NCBI GenBank assembly: GCA_038245685.1
Contig: JBBRSF010000001.1
Coordinates: forward strand, 1-31,551
Source of the DNA: Minisyncoccia bacterium
GTDB lineage: Bacteria; Patescibacteriota; Minisyncoccia; Phycocordibacterales; UBA9973
Direction of reading: 5' to 3'
Length of the DNA: 31,551 nucleotides
The notes beneath the pieces are model-generated. The model saw nothing but the letters and a program-made list of their open reading frames with translations. It was not told where the DNA came from and did no database searches. A program made the translations under genes and the position numbers. This document shows, in pieces, positions 17,074 through 24,845 of the stretch. Each line of letters starts with the position of its first letter. The first letter of the stretch is position 1.

Positions 17074-17550
17074 ATGCTCATAAAAGAAAATAAATTCTCT
17101 CTACGAAATATCACAAAAGGCAAGCCTCCTAGCTTGCCTTTTGTGATATTAAAAGACAAAATCCTTGGTGATGATTATTCTCTATCGGTGGCTTACGTCA
17201 CCGAAAAAGTTTCTCGCGAACTAAACAAAAAATGGCGGGGCAAGGACAGCCCGACCAACGTGCTTTCTTTTACTCTCAGTAAAAATTCTGGCGAACTGGT
17301 CCTCTGTCCTACGATTATCAAAAAGGAAATTAAAATTTTCGAGAGAACTTACCGAGAATTACTCGGATTCTTAGTTATCCACGGAATGCTTCATTTGAAA
17401 GGATACGAACATAGTAGTAGAATGAAAAGAGCAAGGATGGAAAGTGAGGAAAATAAATATGATCAAAAATATTTCAGTAGGCATAGACGTGGGCTCCTCC
17501 ATGACTCGAGTAGTAGTAGGAGAATTCATAAAGGGAGAAAAAAATCCTAA
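17074..17550 (+). CDS. ybeY: rRNA maturation endoribonuclease YbeY
   Basis: Motifs LNKKWRGKDSPTNVLSF, GELVLCP and the metal motif HGMLHLKGYEH (H3xH5xH). Confidence 0.9.
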   Translation: MLIKENKFSLRNITKGKPPSLPFVILKDKILGDDYSLSVAYVTEKVSRELNKKWRGKDSPTNVLSFTLSKNSGELVLCPTIIKKEIKIFERTYRELLGFLVIHGMLHLKGYEHSSRMKRARMESEENKYDQKYFSRHRRGLLHDSSSSRRIHKGRKKS

Positions 17551-18622
17551 TATTATTGGCGTGGGTGAATCCCCCACTTTCGGACTCCGCCATGGCTATG
17601 TAGTAAACACTACACTGGTTGCTGACTCTATAAAAAGTGCAGTGCTCCTCGCCGAAAAATCTGCTGGAGTTAAAATCCGGCGCGCATTCATAGCTCTTTC
17701 GGGTACTACGCTTCGCGGAGAAATAAGTTCCGGGGGGACGATTGTTTCTAAGGCAGATGGAGAAGTAACTCTTTTAGATGTGAATAAAGCCCTCACCGAC
17801 TGCGAAGACAACTTAAGTTTGGGAAACAAGAAAGTAATTCATGTCTACCCCATCGGCTATCGGCTAGACGGCAAAGAAGTACTAGGCAGAATAGAGGGTA
17901 TGCGGGGAACCAAGCTTGAAGCCAAGGCGCTTTTCGTCACATATTCTATAGTCCATTTGGAAGATTTACTTGAATCAGTAGCTGAGGCAGGCGTCGAAAC
18001 CATAGACGTGATTGCAGGCCCGGTAGCTGCAAGCCTTATATCAATCTCCGACAAACAAAAAATCGTCGGGGTGGCGCTGGTAGACATAGGTGCCGAAACT
18101 ACTTCCATATCTGTTTTCGAAAATGGAATTCTAAATTCAATTTATGCTTTTCCGATTGGTGGCAATGACGTCACAAATGATATTGCTCTCGGACTAAAGA
18201 TACCTTTAGAGAAAGCGGAGGAATTTAAATTGGGAAATATTGATGAAACATTTTCCAAAAAGAAACTTGATGAGATCATAGAAGCACGCCTTGCTGACAT
18301 TTTTGAATCTATAGAAAATAATTTAAAGAAAATAAAAAGATCCGAACTCTTACCTGCGGGTATTGTCTACATAGGAGGCACCGCAAACATCCAGAATTTA
18401 GAAGAACTCTCGAAATCCGCTCTTCGTTTGCCTGTAAGCAAGGGAACGACGGACATTTTTGGCACCACAAAGACCAAACTGCGAGACTCTTCTTGGTTTA
18501 CTGCAATCGGACTTTTAACTTCTGGTAAAGATACAGGTGGAAGCGGAGATGGTAGCTTCAATGGATTCTTTAAAGACCTAAAAAACTCAATAAGATCAGG
18601 CGTAAAACAGCTAATGCCTTAG
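17459..18622 (+). CDS. ftsA: Cell division protein FtsA
   Basis: Motifs VGIDVGSS, GLRHGYVVN, VDIGAETT, IGGNDVTNDI and G...GGTA. ATG at 17459 preferred to the GTG at 17444. Confidence 0.95.
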   Translation: MIKNISVGIDVGSSMTRVVVGEFIKGEKNPNIIGVGESPTFGLRHGYVVNTTLVADSIKSAVLLAEKSAGVKIRRAFIALSGTTLRGEISSGGTIVSKADGEVTLLDVNKALTDCEDNLSLGNKKVIHVYPIGYRLDGKEVLGRIEGMRGTKLEAKALFVTYSIVHLEDLLESVAEAGVETIDVIAGPVAASLISISDKQKIVGVALVDIGAETTSISVFENGILNSIYAFPIGGNDVTNDIALGLKIPLEKAEEFKLGNIDETFSKKKLDEIIEARLADIFESIENNLKKIKRSELLPAGIVYIGGTANIQNLEELSKSALRLPVSKGTTDIFGTTKTKLRDSSWFTAIGLLTSGKDTGGSGDGSFNGFFKDLKNSIRSGVKQLMP

Positions 18623-18766
18623 TTGGAAAATTCTCATTTAGAAATGAAAAAAATGCAAATTTATCAAAACTTTGCTTTTTAAGATTTTCTGCTATTATAA
18701 GACCTATATAGATTAACCTTTTTATAAATCACCTAAGTCGCCCGCCCCGGCGGACCAAGAAAAAAT

Positions 18767-19978
18767 ATGCCAAAAATAAACCAGGAGATTGAGAGCTTTG
18801 CGAGAATTATGGTCATCGGTATCGGTGGCTCTGGGAAAAATGCTGTGAATCACATGATCAACACCAAAGTGAAAGGGGTTTCCTTTATCTGCATGAATAC
18901 TGATACCCAAGACTTACATCACTCTCTCGCTGATAAAAAAATTCACATTGGAAAAAATCTCACCAAAGGTTTGGGCGCTGGTATGGATCCAGAAGTCGGA
19001 AAAAAAGCAGCGGAAGAAACTAAATCTGAAATACAAGATGTCATCAAAGGTGCAGACATGATATTCCTCGCATGCGGAATGGGTGGAGGAACCGGAACAG
19101 GTGCAGCTCCGATAGTTGCGCGCGCGGCTCGTGAACAAGGCATCCTGACTGTGGCTGTCACTACTAAACCATTTTTCTTCGAAGGTAGTCACCGTATGAA
19201 AATTGCAGAAAAAGGCATAGACGAATTGGCTAAAGAAGTGGACGCAATAATCATCATACCGAACGACAAGCTCCTTCAGCTTTCTGATAAAAGCACCAAT
19301 TTTAAAGACGCTTTTGTGAAATGCGATGATGTATTACGTCAGGCGGTAGAAGGCATTTCTGACCTTATAACGACTCCTGGAATCATTAACGTAGACTTTG
19401 CCGATATTAAAGCTATCATGTCAAACGCAGGCTCCGCGCTCATGGGCATCGGGAGCGCATCTGGCGAGAAGCGAGCAGAGAAAGCAGCACTTGCGGCTAT
19501 CAATTCCCCACTTCTAGAAGTTTCTATTCACGGAGCAAAAGGAGTTCTCTTTGCGATCTCTGGTGGCGACGATCTAACTATAAACGAAATACAAGAAGCT
19601 GCCAAGATAATAACTGAATCTATCGACAAAGACGCAAAAGTTATTTTTGGAACAATTCACGATGATAAATTAAAGAAGGGAGAAATAAAAGTCACCGTCA
19701 TAGCTACGAGCTTCCCTGCGGATATGCCTAGAAAGACACTCTTTAGCGCTACTCCTACTGGCGCCCTTGCCAAAGAAGAATCTCCAGCAATTATAAAAAA
19801 GGAAGTACATAATACTATTTCAAATAACAACAATAACAACTCGAATAGTACTTTGAATAATAACGACTTCCTCAAAAAGATGGATCGCAAAGAAACTGTA
19901 AAAGAAGATGTAATTATTGACGACGATGGGGACGACTGGAGCGCTGTTCCAGCCTTCTTGAGGAGAAATAAGAAGTAA
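18767..19978 (+). CDS. ftsZ: Cell division protein FtsZ
   Basis: Motifs GIGGSGKNA, NTD.Q.L, GLGAG, GMGGGTGTGAAP, INVDFAD and the C-terminal core VPAFLRR. Confidence 0.99.
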   Translation: MPKINQEIESFARIMVIGIGGSGKNAVNHMINTKVKGVSFICMNTDTQDLHHSLADKKIHIGKNLTKGLGAGMDPEVGKKAAEETKSEIQDVIKGADMIFLACGMGGGTGTGAAPIVARAAREQGILTVAVTTKPFFFEGSHRMKIAEKGIDELAKEVDAIIIIPNDKLLQLSDKSTNFKDAFVKCDDVLRQAVEGISDLITTPGIINVDFADIKAIMSNAGSALMGIGSASGEKRAEKAALAAINSPLLEVSIHGAKGVLFAISGGDDLTINEIQEAAKIITESIDKDAKVIFGTIHDDKLKKGEIKVTVIATSFPADMPRKTLFSATPTGALAKEESPAIIKKEVHNTISNNNNNNSNSTLNNNDFLKKMDRKETVKEDVIIDDDGDDWSAVPAFLRRNKK

Positions 19979-20016
19979 TTTATCCACCACGTGACGCATA
20001 GTGTATAATGGAAGAT

Positions 20017-20943
20017 ATGACTTATGACCTAATAATTATAGGCGGAGGGCCAGCTGGCACCGCGGCGGCAGTATATGCAGCAAGGAAGCGTTTAAAGACC
20101 CTTTTTATTACCCAAGAATGGGGTGGACAGAGCGTAGTATCTGAACAAATATTTAATTGGATAGGCACTCCCTCGCTCTCTGGTAACGACCTCGCAGCTA
20201 ATTTAAAAAAACATGTTTTAGCGAACACGGGCGAAAGCCTAGAAATAGCTGAAGGAGAAAAGGTAAACTCTCTTACAAAAAACGGGGATATTTTTTTAAT
20301 GAAAACCGAATCCGGAAAAGAATTTTCTGGAAAAACCGTCCTAATAGCTACGGGAAGTAGCCGAAGAAAGATTACCGCTCTTAATGCAGACAAATTTGAG
20401 AACAAGGGTCTCACCTATTGTGCTTCATGTGATGGGCCTCTTTTTGCAGACATGGATGTGGCAGTGATAGGAGGAGGCAATGCGGGCTTTGAATCAGCTG
20501 CTCAACTACTCGCCTACTGTAAATCTGTAACTCTCATAAACAGAAGCGACACTTTCAAAGCAGATGAAGTAACAGTAGAAAAAGTATTGAGAAATCCAAA
20601 GATGAAGGCCTTAAAGAATATCGAAACTTTAGAAGTAAAAGGAGACAAATTTGTGGAAGGCTTAGTATACAAAGATAGCACAACCGGCGAAACTCACGAG
20701 CTTGCTGTCTCGGGCATCTTTGCGGAGGTAGGACAAATCCCAAATACGGACTTTGTAAAAGGCTTGGTGCCACTCGACGACATAGGCAGAGTCAAGATAG
20801 ACGCACGGTCTCAAAAAACAGAAACAGCTGGAATATGGGCAGCTGGAGACTGCACCAATGTCCTCTATCATCAGAACAACATCGCCGCAGGCGATGCAGT
20901 GCGGGCGCTCGAAGACATATATCTAGCTATTCACGCGAAATAA
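20017..20943 (+). CDS. trxB: Thioredoxin reductase-like FAD/NAD(P)H disulfide oxidoreductase
   Basis: Motifs GGGPAG, redox-active YCASCDG, VIGGGNAG and AAGDC. Start placed at the ATG at 20017, 7 nt after TATAAT (20004-20009). Could be an AhpF C-terminal-like paralog. Confidence 0.8.
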   Translation: MTYDLIIIGGGPAGTAAAVYAARKRLKTLFITQEWGGQSVVSEQIFNWIGTPSLSGNDLAANLKKHVLANTGESLEIAEGEKVNSLTKNGDIFLMKTESGKEFSGKTVLIATGSSRRKITALNADKFENKGLTYCASCDGPLFADMDVAVIGGGNAGFESAAQLLAYCKSVTLINRSDTFKADEVTVEKVLRNPKMKALKNIETLEVKGDKFVEGLVYKDSTTGETHELAVSGIFAEVGQIPNTDFVKGLVPLDDIGRVKIDARSQKTETAGIWAAGDCTNVLYHQNNIAAGDAVRALEDIYLAIHAK

Positions 20944-20990
20944 CAACAAAAAAACCGCTCGTCGAAAGAGCGGTTTTTTTGTTGTTATTT
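20938..20990. terminator. Bidirectional terminator
   Basis: Perfect 23-bp inverted repeat AAATAACAACAAAAAAACCGCTC/GAGCGGTTTTTTTGTTGTTATTT with a 7-nt loop. Confidence 0.9.
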
Positions 20991-20995
20991 AGCTT

Positions 20996-21058
20996 TTATT
21001 TTGCGCAAGTACACGCACTCATCTTATTGCCACAACTAGGGCATGTTGTTTCATCCAT
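20996..21058 (-). CDS. Putative Cys-rich micropeptide, 20 aa (MDETTCPSCGNKMSACTCAK)
   Basis: Manual translation. It has CxxC and CxC motifs and stops 5 nt before the bidirectional terminator. Confidence 0.6.
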   Translation of the reverse strand: MDETTCPSCGNKMSACTCAK

Positions 21059-21147
21059 ATTTTTGAAAGTAATATAATAATCTAAGGGATACGACGACTA
21101 GCGCATCCACACTATTGTAGACGTATGAGATGACAAACCAATACGGG

Positions 21148-21234
21148 CGGAGGCGGTGAGATTTGAACTCACGATTAGTTTTCACCAATGCTGGTTTTCG
21201 AAACCAGTGCCTTCAACCACTCAGCCACGCCTCC
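21148..21234 (-). tRNA. tRNA-Ser(CGA)
   Basis: Acceptor GGAGGCG/CGCCTCC, anticodon arm CTGGT-TTCGAAA-ACCAG, long variable arm, discriminator G. Confidence 0.95.
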
Positions 21235-21284
21235 ACTTAAAATATTTCTCCTAGAATTATACTTCAAGCCAGTGAAAGAACATA

Positions 21285-21325
21285 TTGACTTTTTAGATAT
21301 TTTAGATATAGTTTGCGAGAGGAGG
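21285..21325 (+). promoter_or_regulatory. Promoter and Shine-Dalgarno for the TonB-C-like gene
   Basis: TTGACT, 16-nt spacer, TATAGT. AGGAGG at 21320-21325 lies 7 nt before the ATG at 21333. Confidence 0.65.
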
Positions 21326-21332
21326 AGTGGGA

Positions 21333-21944
21333 ATGAAAACAATACTGATTGCTCTTTGCCTGATCGTGCTGTCGTCAATGCAGGCCGGGGCTACCGAGCC
21401 TCGCTTGATCCAAGGCACCAAACCAAAGTACACCCCTCAAGCGATCAAAATGAACATTGAGGGCACGACGTCCTTTCGAGTAATAGTGGACACCAACGGC
21501 AAGGTGACCGAAGTTACTGAGTTGGTGAGTCACTTCAGAATGAAGACTCGGAAAGAACCTACCGAGTCAGAACTGGCGGAATTCACCAAAGCCAGTATAA
21601 GTCTGGTGACCGCCACGAAAGAAAAGATTCACCAATGGGAGTTTACTCCCGCCTGTATGAACGGCAACGAGACGATGGTAGTCATCGCTATTACCATCGA
21701 GTTTCATTTGCCGCCCCCACGGGACGACTTACAGCAAAAGATTTATCACCTGCCGATCGACGAAGACATCGAAAAAGTTCTTTTGATTCATGTAAAAAAG
21801 GAGAGAACAATGGCTCTGAAAACCACGAGCAAGATTTACGACATTGAGCAACTCGAGAAGGAAATGTTGCAACTGGCGATCCTCGCCACCCGCATTCCCC
21901 CACGCCGACACAAACGTCGGCAAAGAAAAAAGAGGCGACATTAG
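21333..21944 (+). CDS. Exported protein with a TonB C-terminal-like domain and a basic tail
   Basis: Signal peptide MKTILIALCLIVLSSMQAGA. PKYTPQA..MNIEGT..F.V.VD.NGKV and W.FTPA..NG......I.IEF match the TonB_C pattern. Confidence 0.7.
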   Translation: MKTILIALCLIVLSSMQAGATEPRLIQGTKPKYTPQAIKMNIEGTTSFRVIVDTNGKVTEVTELVSHFRMKTRKEPTESELAEFTKASISLVTATKEKIHQWEFTPACMNGNETMVVIAITIEFHLPPPRDDLQQKIYHLPIDEDIEKVLLIHVKKERTMALKTTSKIYDIEQLEKEMLQLAILATRIPPRRHKRRQRKKRRH

Positions 21945-21952
21945 CCTCTATC

Positions 21953-22005
21953 AAACCGCCTGAGAGAAAGCCGACCTGGCACACTCTGCAGGCGGTTTCT
22001 CTTTT
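21953..22005 (+). terminator. Compound terminator
   Basis: AAACCGCCTG/CAGGCGGTTT 10-bp stem around a 26-nt structured loop, then CTCTTTT. Confidence 0.7.
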
Positions 22006-22015
22006 ATATATACAG

Positions 22016-22087
22016 TGACCCTACTGGGAATCGAACCCAGATTGACGGATTGAAAACCCGCTGTCCTAACCGTTAGACGATAGGGCC
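22016..22087 (-). tRNA. tRNA-Glu(TTC)
   Basis: Acceptor GGCCCTA/TAGGGTC, anticodon loop TTTTCAA, T arm CTGGG-TTCGATT-CCCAG. Confidence 0.95.
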
Positions 22088-22148
22088 ATTTACGCTTCTT
22101 ATACTATATTATTTTTAATAAAATCGCAAAAACATTATAATAGACTTT

Positions 22149-22748
22149 ATGGAAAATAAAGAGGAAAAACTGAAAGATCTACATCAAAAATGGATAGCGA
22201 ATTGCAAATGCAAGCTTCGAATGACTGCCACTCAAGCGGTAAAAGGTGCAGGCAGTGCCTCTGCAGAGATTATCTTGATCGGAGAAGCTCCAGGCAAGAA
22301 AGAAGACGAGACGGGCGAACCCTTTGTCGGGGCCGCAGGAAAATTCTTAAACGAAATGCTCGGAATAATAAATTTAAAACGAGAAGATATATACATAACC
22401 AACGTTGTGAAGTATCGACCACCAAATAATCGAGATCCCCTACCCGAAGAAAAAGCGGATTGCAAAGAATGGCTCTTGGATGAAATAAAAACTATTTCTC
22501 CACGGCTTATAGTCTTGCTGGGGCGCCACGCGATGAATAACTTTTTTCCAGAACTAGAAATATCACAAGCGCACGGGAAATTTATAACAAAACAATTTAA
22601 AGGAATGGCGACAAAATACTTCTTTCCTCTTTACCACCCAGCGGCTGCACTATATAACGGTTCTATGAGAGAAATCTTGATAGAAGATTTCAAGAAAATC
22701 CCCAAAGTAATAAAAGAGATCAAGAAACGAGAAAATTCAAAGATATAG
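22149..22748 (+). CDS. Uracil-DNA glycosylase family 4
   Basis: Motif A GEAPG..ED..G.PFVG.AG, TNVVK.RPP.NRDP, and motif B YHPAA.LY. Confidence 0.95.
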   Translation: MENKEEKLKDLHQKWIANCKCKLRMTATQAVKGAGSASAEIILIGEAPGKKEDETGEPFVGAAGKFLNEMLGIINLKREDIYITNVVKYRPPNNRDPLPEEKADCKEWLLDEIKTISPRLIVLLGRHAMNNFFPELEISQAHGKFITKQFKGMATKYFFPLYHPAAALYNGSMREILIEDFKKIPKVIKEIKKRENSKI

Positions 22749-22764
22749 TATATAATCATCTCAC

Positions 22765-23520
22765 ATGGAAAACGATAAAATCAAAATATTGATTCTAGCT
22801 GCAGGCAAGGGCAAGCGCATGGAGTCCGACGAGCCCAAAGCTTTAGCGCTTCTACGCGGAAAGCCATTCTTGCAACATATACTCGAAACGGTGGCCAAAC
22901 TCCACATAAAGATAAAACCCGTTATAATCATAGGCTACAAAAAAGAAAGAATTCAAGAAGTTTTAGGAACTGAACATATGTATGCAATTCAGCATGAACA
23001 GTTAGGAACTGGACATGCAGTAGCATCTGCGAAAAGTGTCATAAACTCTCCCCATGAGACTATACTCATTCTCGCCGCAGATCAGCCTATGGTTTCCAAA
23101 GAAACTCTAGAAAAAATTATCAAACATCATCAAAAAATGCATCCGATTTTGACTCTTGCTACTGTGAAAATTCCTGATTTTGAAGATTGGCGCAAGGGAC
23201 TTCTGTCTTTCGGAAGAATTGTTCGGGACAGCTCCGGTAAAATTTCTAAAATCGTAGAAGCTAAAGATGCAGATGATGGAGAAAAAGAAATAAAAGAATT
23301 AAACCCCGCCGTGTATGCATTTGATGCGAACTGGCTCTGGGCAAATATCGGCAGGCTTAGCAAGAACAATGCCCAGAATGAATATTATTTAACCGACCTA
23401 GTGAAAATGGCTTTCGAGCAAAAGATGAAAATTGAGTCGGTGGAAATGGAAAATATCATTGAAGCTATGCAGCCTAATTCCAAAGAGGAACTTGAAACAC
23501 TGGAAGGTCTGGTAGTATAA
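22765..23520 (+). CDS. Sugar-1-phosphate nucleotidyltransferase, GlmU N-terminal domain only
   Basis: Motifs ILAAGKGKRM.S..PKAL, Q.EQLGTGHAV, GRIVRD, EYYLTD. Ends at 251 aa with no hexapeptide repeats. Confidence 0.85.
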   Translation: MENDKIKILILAAGKGKRMESDEPKALALLRGKPFLQHILETVAKLHIKIKPVIIIGYKKERIQEVLGTEHMYAIQHEQLGTGHAVASAKSVINSPHETILILAADQPMVSKETLEKIIKHHQKMHPILTLATVKIPDFEDWRKGLLSFGRIVRDSSGKISKIVEAKDADDGEKEIKELNPAVYAFDANWLWANIGRLSKNNAQNEYYLTDLVKMAFEQKMKIESVEMENIIEAMQPNSKEELETLEGLVV

Positions 23521-23531
23521 TATAGAGCCAC

Positions 23532-24749
23532 ATGCAAAATCCATTTCAAAATGCTATGACCCAGCTCGACAAGCTTGCTCAAATAAAAAAATTTGAGGAA
23601 TCTTTCATCGAGCGCTTACGACAACCAAATCGAGATATTCGCATATCTATCCCCGTAAAGATGGATGATGGAACTATTAAAATTTTTGAAGGCTACAGAG
23701 TCGAATACAACAATGCTCTCGGTCCCTACAAAGGTGGTATCAGGTATCATCCTGATACCGAAGTAAATGAAGTGAAGGCACTTGCCTTTTGGATGGCTTT
23801 GAAGTGTGCAGTGGCCAACATCCCGATGGGTGGAGGCAAAGGTGGTATCACCGTCGACCCTACAAAATTATCTAAGGGCGAACTCGAACGACTTTCTCGC
23901 GGATGGGTACGAGGATTAGGAGATGTATTGGGTCCAAAGAAAGATGTCCCTGCCCCGGACGTAAATACTACACCCGAGATCATGGCTTGGATGGCAGATG
24001 AATTTGAAAAAATATCGGGAGATAAAACAGGAGCGACATTTACAGGCAAACCGCTTGATAAAGGAGGATCTGAAGGTAGAGGCCCTGCTACGGGAATGGG
24101 CGGGTTTTATGTCTTTGACGCATTAAGAGAAAGATTAGGACTTCCCGAAAAATGCAAAATAGTAATTCAGGGATTTGGAAACGTCGGCTCCAATGCAGCA
24201 GAGATATTTGAAAGTCATGGTCATACTATTATCGCCTTGTCTGACTCTAAGACGGCAATTACAAACGAAGAAGGACTCGATGTGAAAGCAGTCGAGAAAC
24301 ATAAAAAAGATACAGGATCGCTCAGAGATTTCCCTGGAGCAAAAAATATTTCAAACGAAGAACTTTTAGAACTACCTTGCGATGTTCTTATCCCTGCTGC
24401 ATTTGAAAACCAAATCACCGACAAAAATGCAGACAACATAAAAGCAAAAGTTGTGCTCGAACTTGCCAACGGCCCCACTACCCCCGAAGCCGACGAAGTG
24501 CTTTTCAAAAAAAATATATCAGTTATCCCAGACATACTCGCAAACTCGGGCGGAGTAACAGTCTCATACTTTGAGTGGGATCAAAATCTAAAGAACGAAC
24601 ATTGGAGCGAATCAGAAGTTCTAGCCAAACTCCTCCCCCTTATGAACGAGGCAGCCAAAAAAGTTTACGAAAAATCTCAAGAATACAAAACTCACTTGCG
24701 CATGGGTGCTTTTCTCCTTGCCCTTGAAAGGATCGAGGCAAAGATGTAA
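23532..24749 (+). CDS. gdhA: Glu/Leu/Phe/Val dehydrogenase (glutamate dehydrogenase type)
   Basis: Motifs GPYKGGIRYHP, GGGKGG, PAPDVNT, QGFGNVG, ELANGP, NSGGV.VSYFEW.QN. Confidence 0.93.
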   Translation: MQNPFQNAMTQLDKLAQIKKFEESFIERLRQPNRDIRISIPVKMDDGTIKIFEGYRVEYNNALGPYKGGIRYHPDTEVNEVKALAFWMALKCAVANIPMGGGKGGITVDPTKLSKGELERLSRGWVRGLGDVLGPKKDVPAPDVNTTPEIMAWMADEFEKISGDKTGATFTGKPLDKGGSEGRGPATGMGGFYVFDALRERLGLPEKCKIVIQGFGNVGSNAAEIFESHGHTIIALSDSKTAITNEEGLDVKAVEKHKKDTGSLRDFPGAKNISNEELLELPCDVLIPAAFENQITDKNADNIKAKVVLELANGPTTPEADEVLFKKNISVIPDILANSGGVTVSYFEWDQNLKNEHWSESEVLAKLLPLMNEAAKKVYEKSQEYKTHLRMGAFLLALERIEAKM

Positions 24750-24771
24750 CATCTAAAGACTTTAATAATTT

Positions 24772-24844
24772 GCGCGGTTAGCTCAGTTGGTAGAGCGACC
24801 CCTTGACGTGGGGTAGGTCACAGGTTCGAATCCTGTATCGCGCA
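24772..24844 (+). tRNA. tRNA-Val(GAC)
   Basis: Acceptor GCGCGGT/ATCGCGC, anticodon arm ACCCC-TTGACGT-GGGGT, T arm ACAGG-TTCGAAT-CCTGT. Confidence 0.95.
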
Positions 24845-24845
24845 C

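Noticed and set aside
21080-21147. Possible riboswitch between tRNA-Ser and the Cys peptide
   Set aside because: Only a 7-bp stem with two G-U pairs is present, and I recognise no aptamer consensus.
21175-21460. ORFs 21175-21378 (minus) and 21188-21460 (plus)
   Set aside because: They overlap tRNA-Ser and the TonB-like gene or its promoter.
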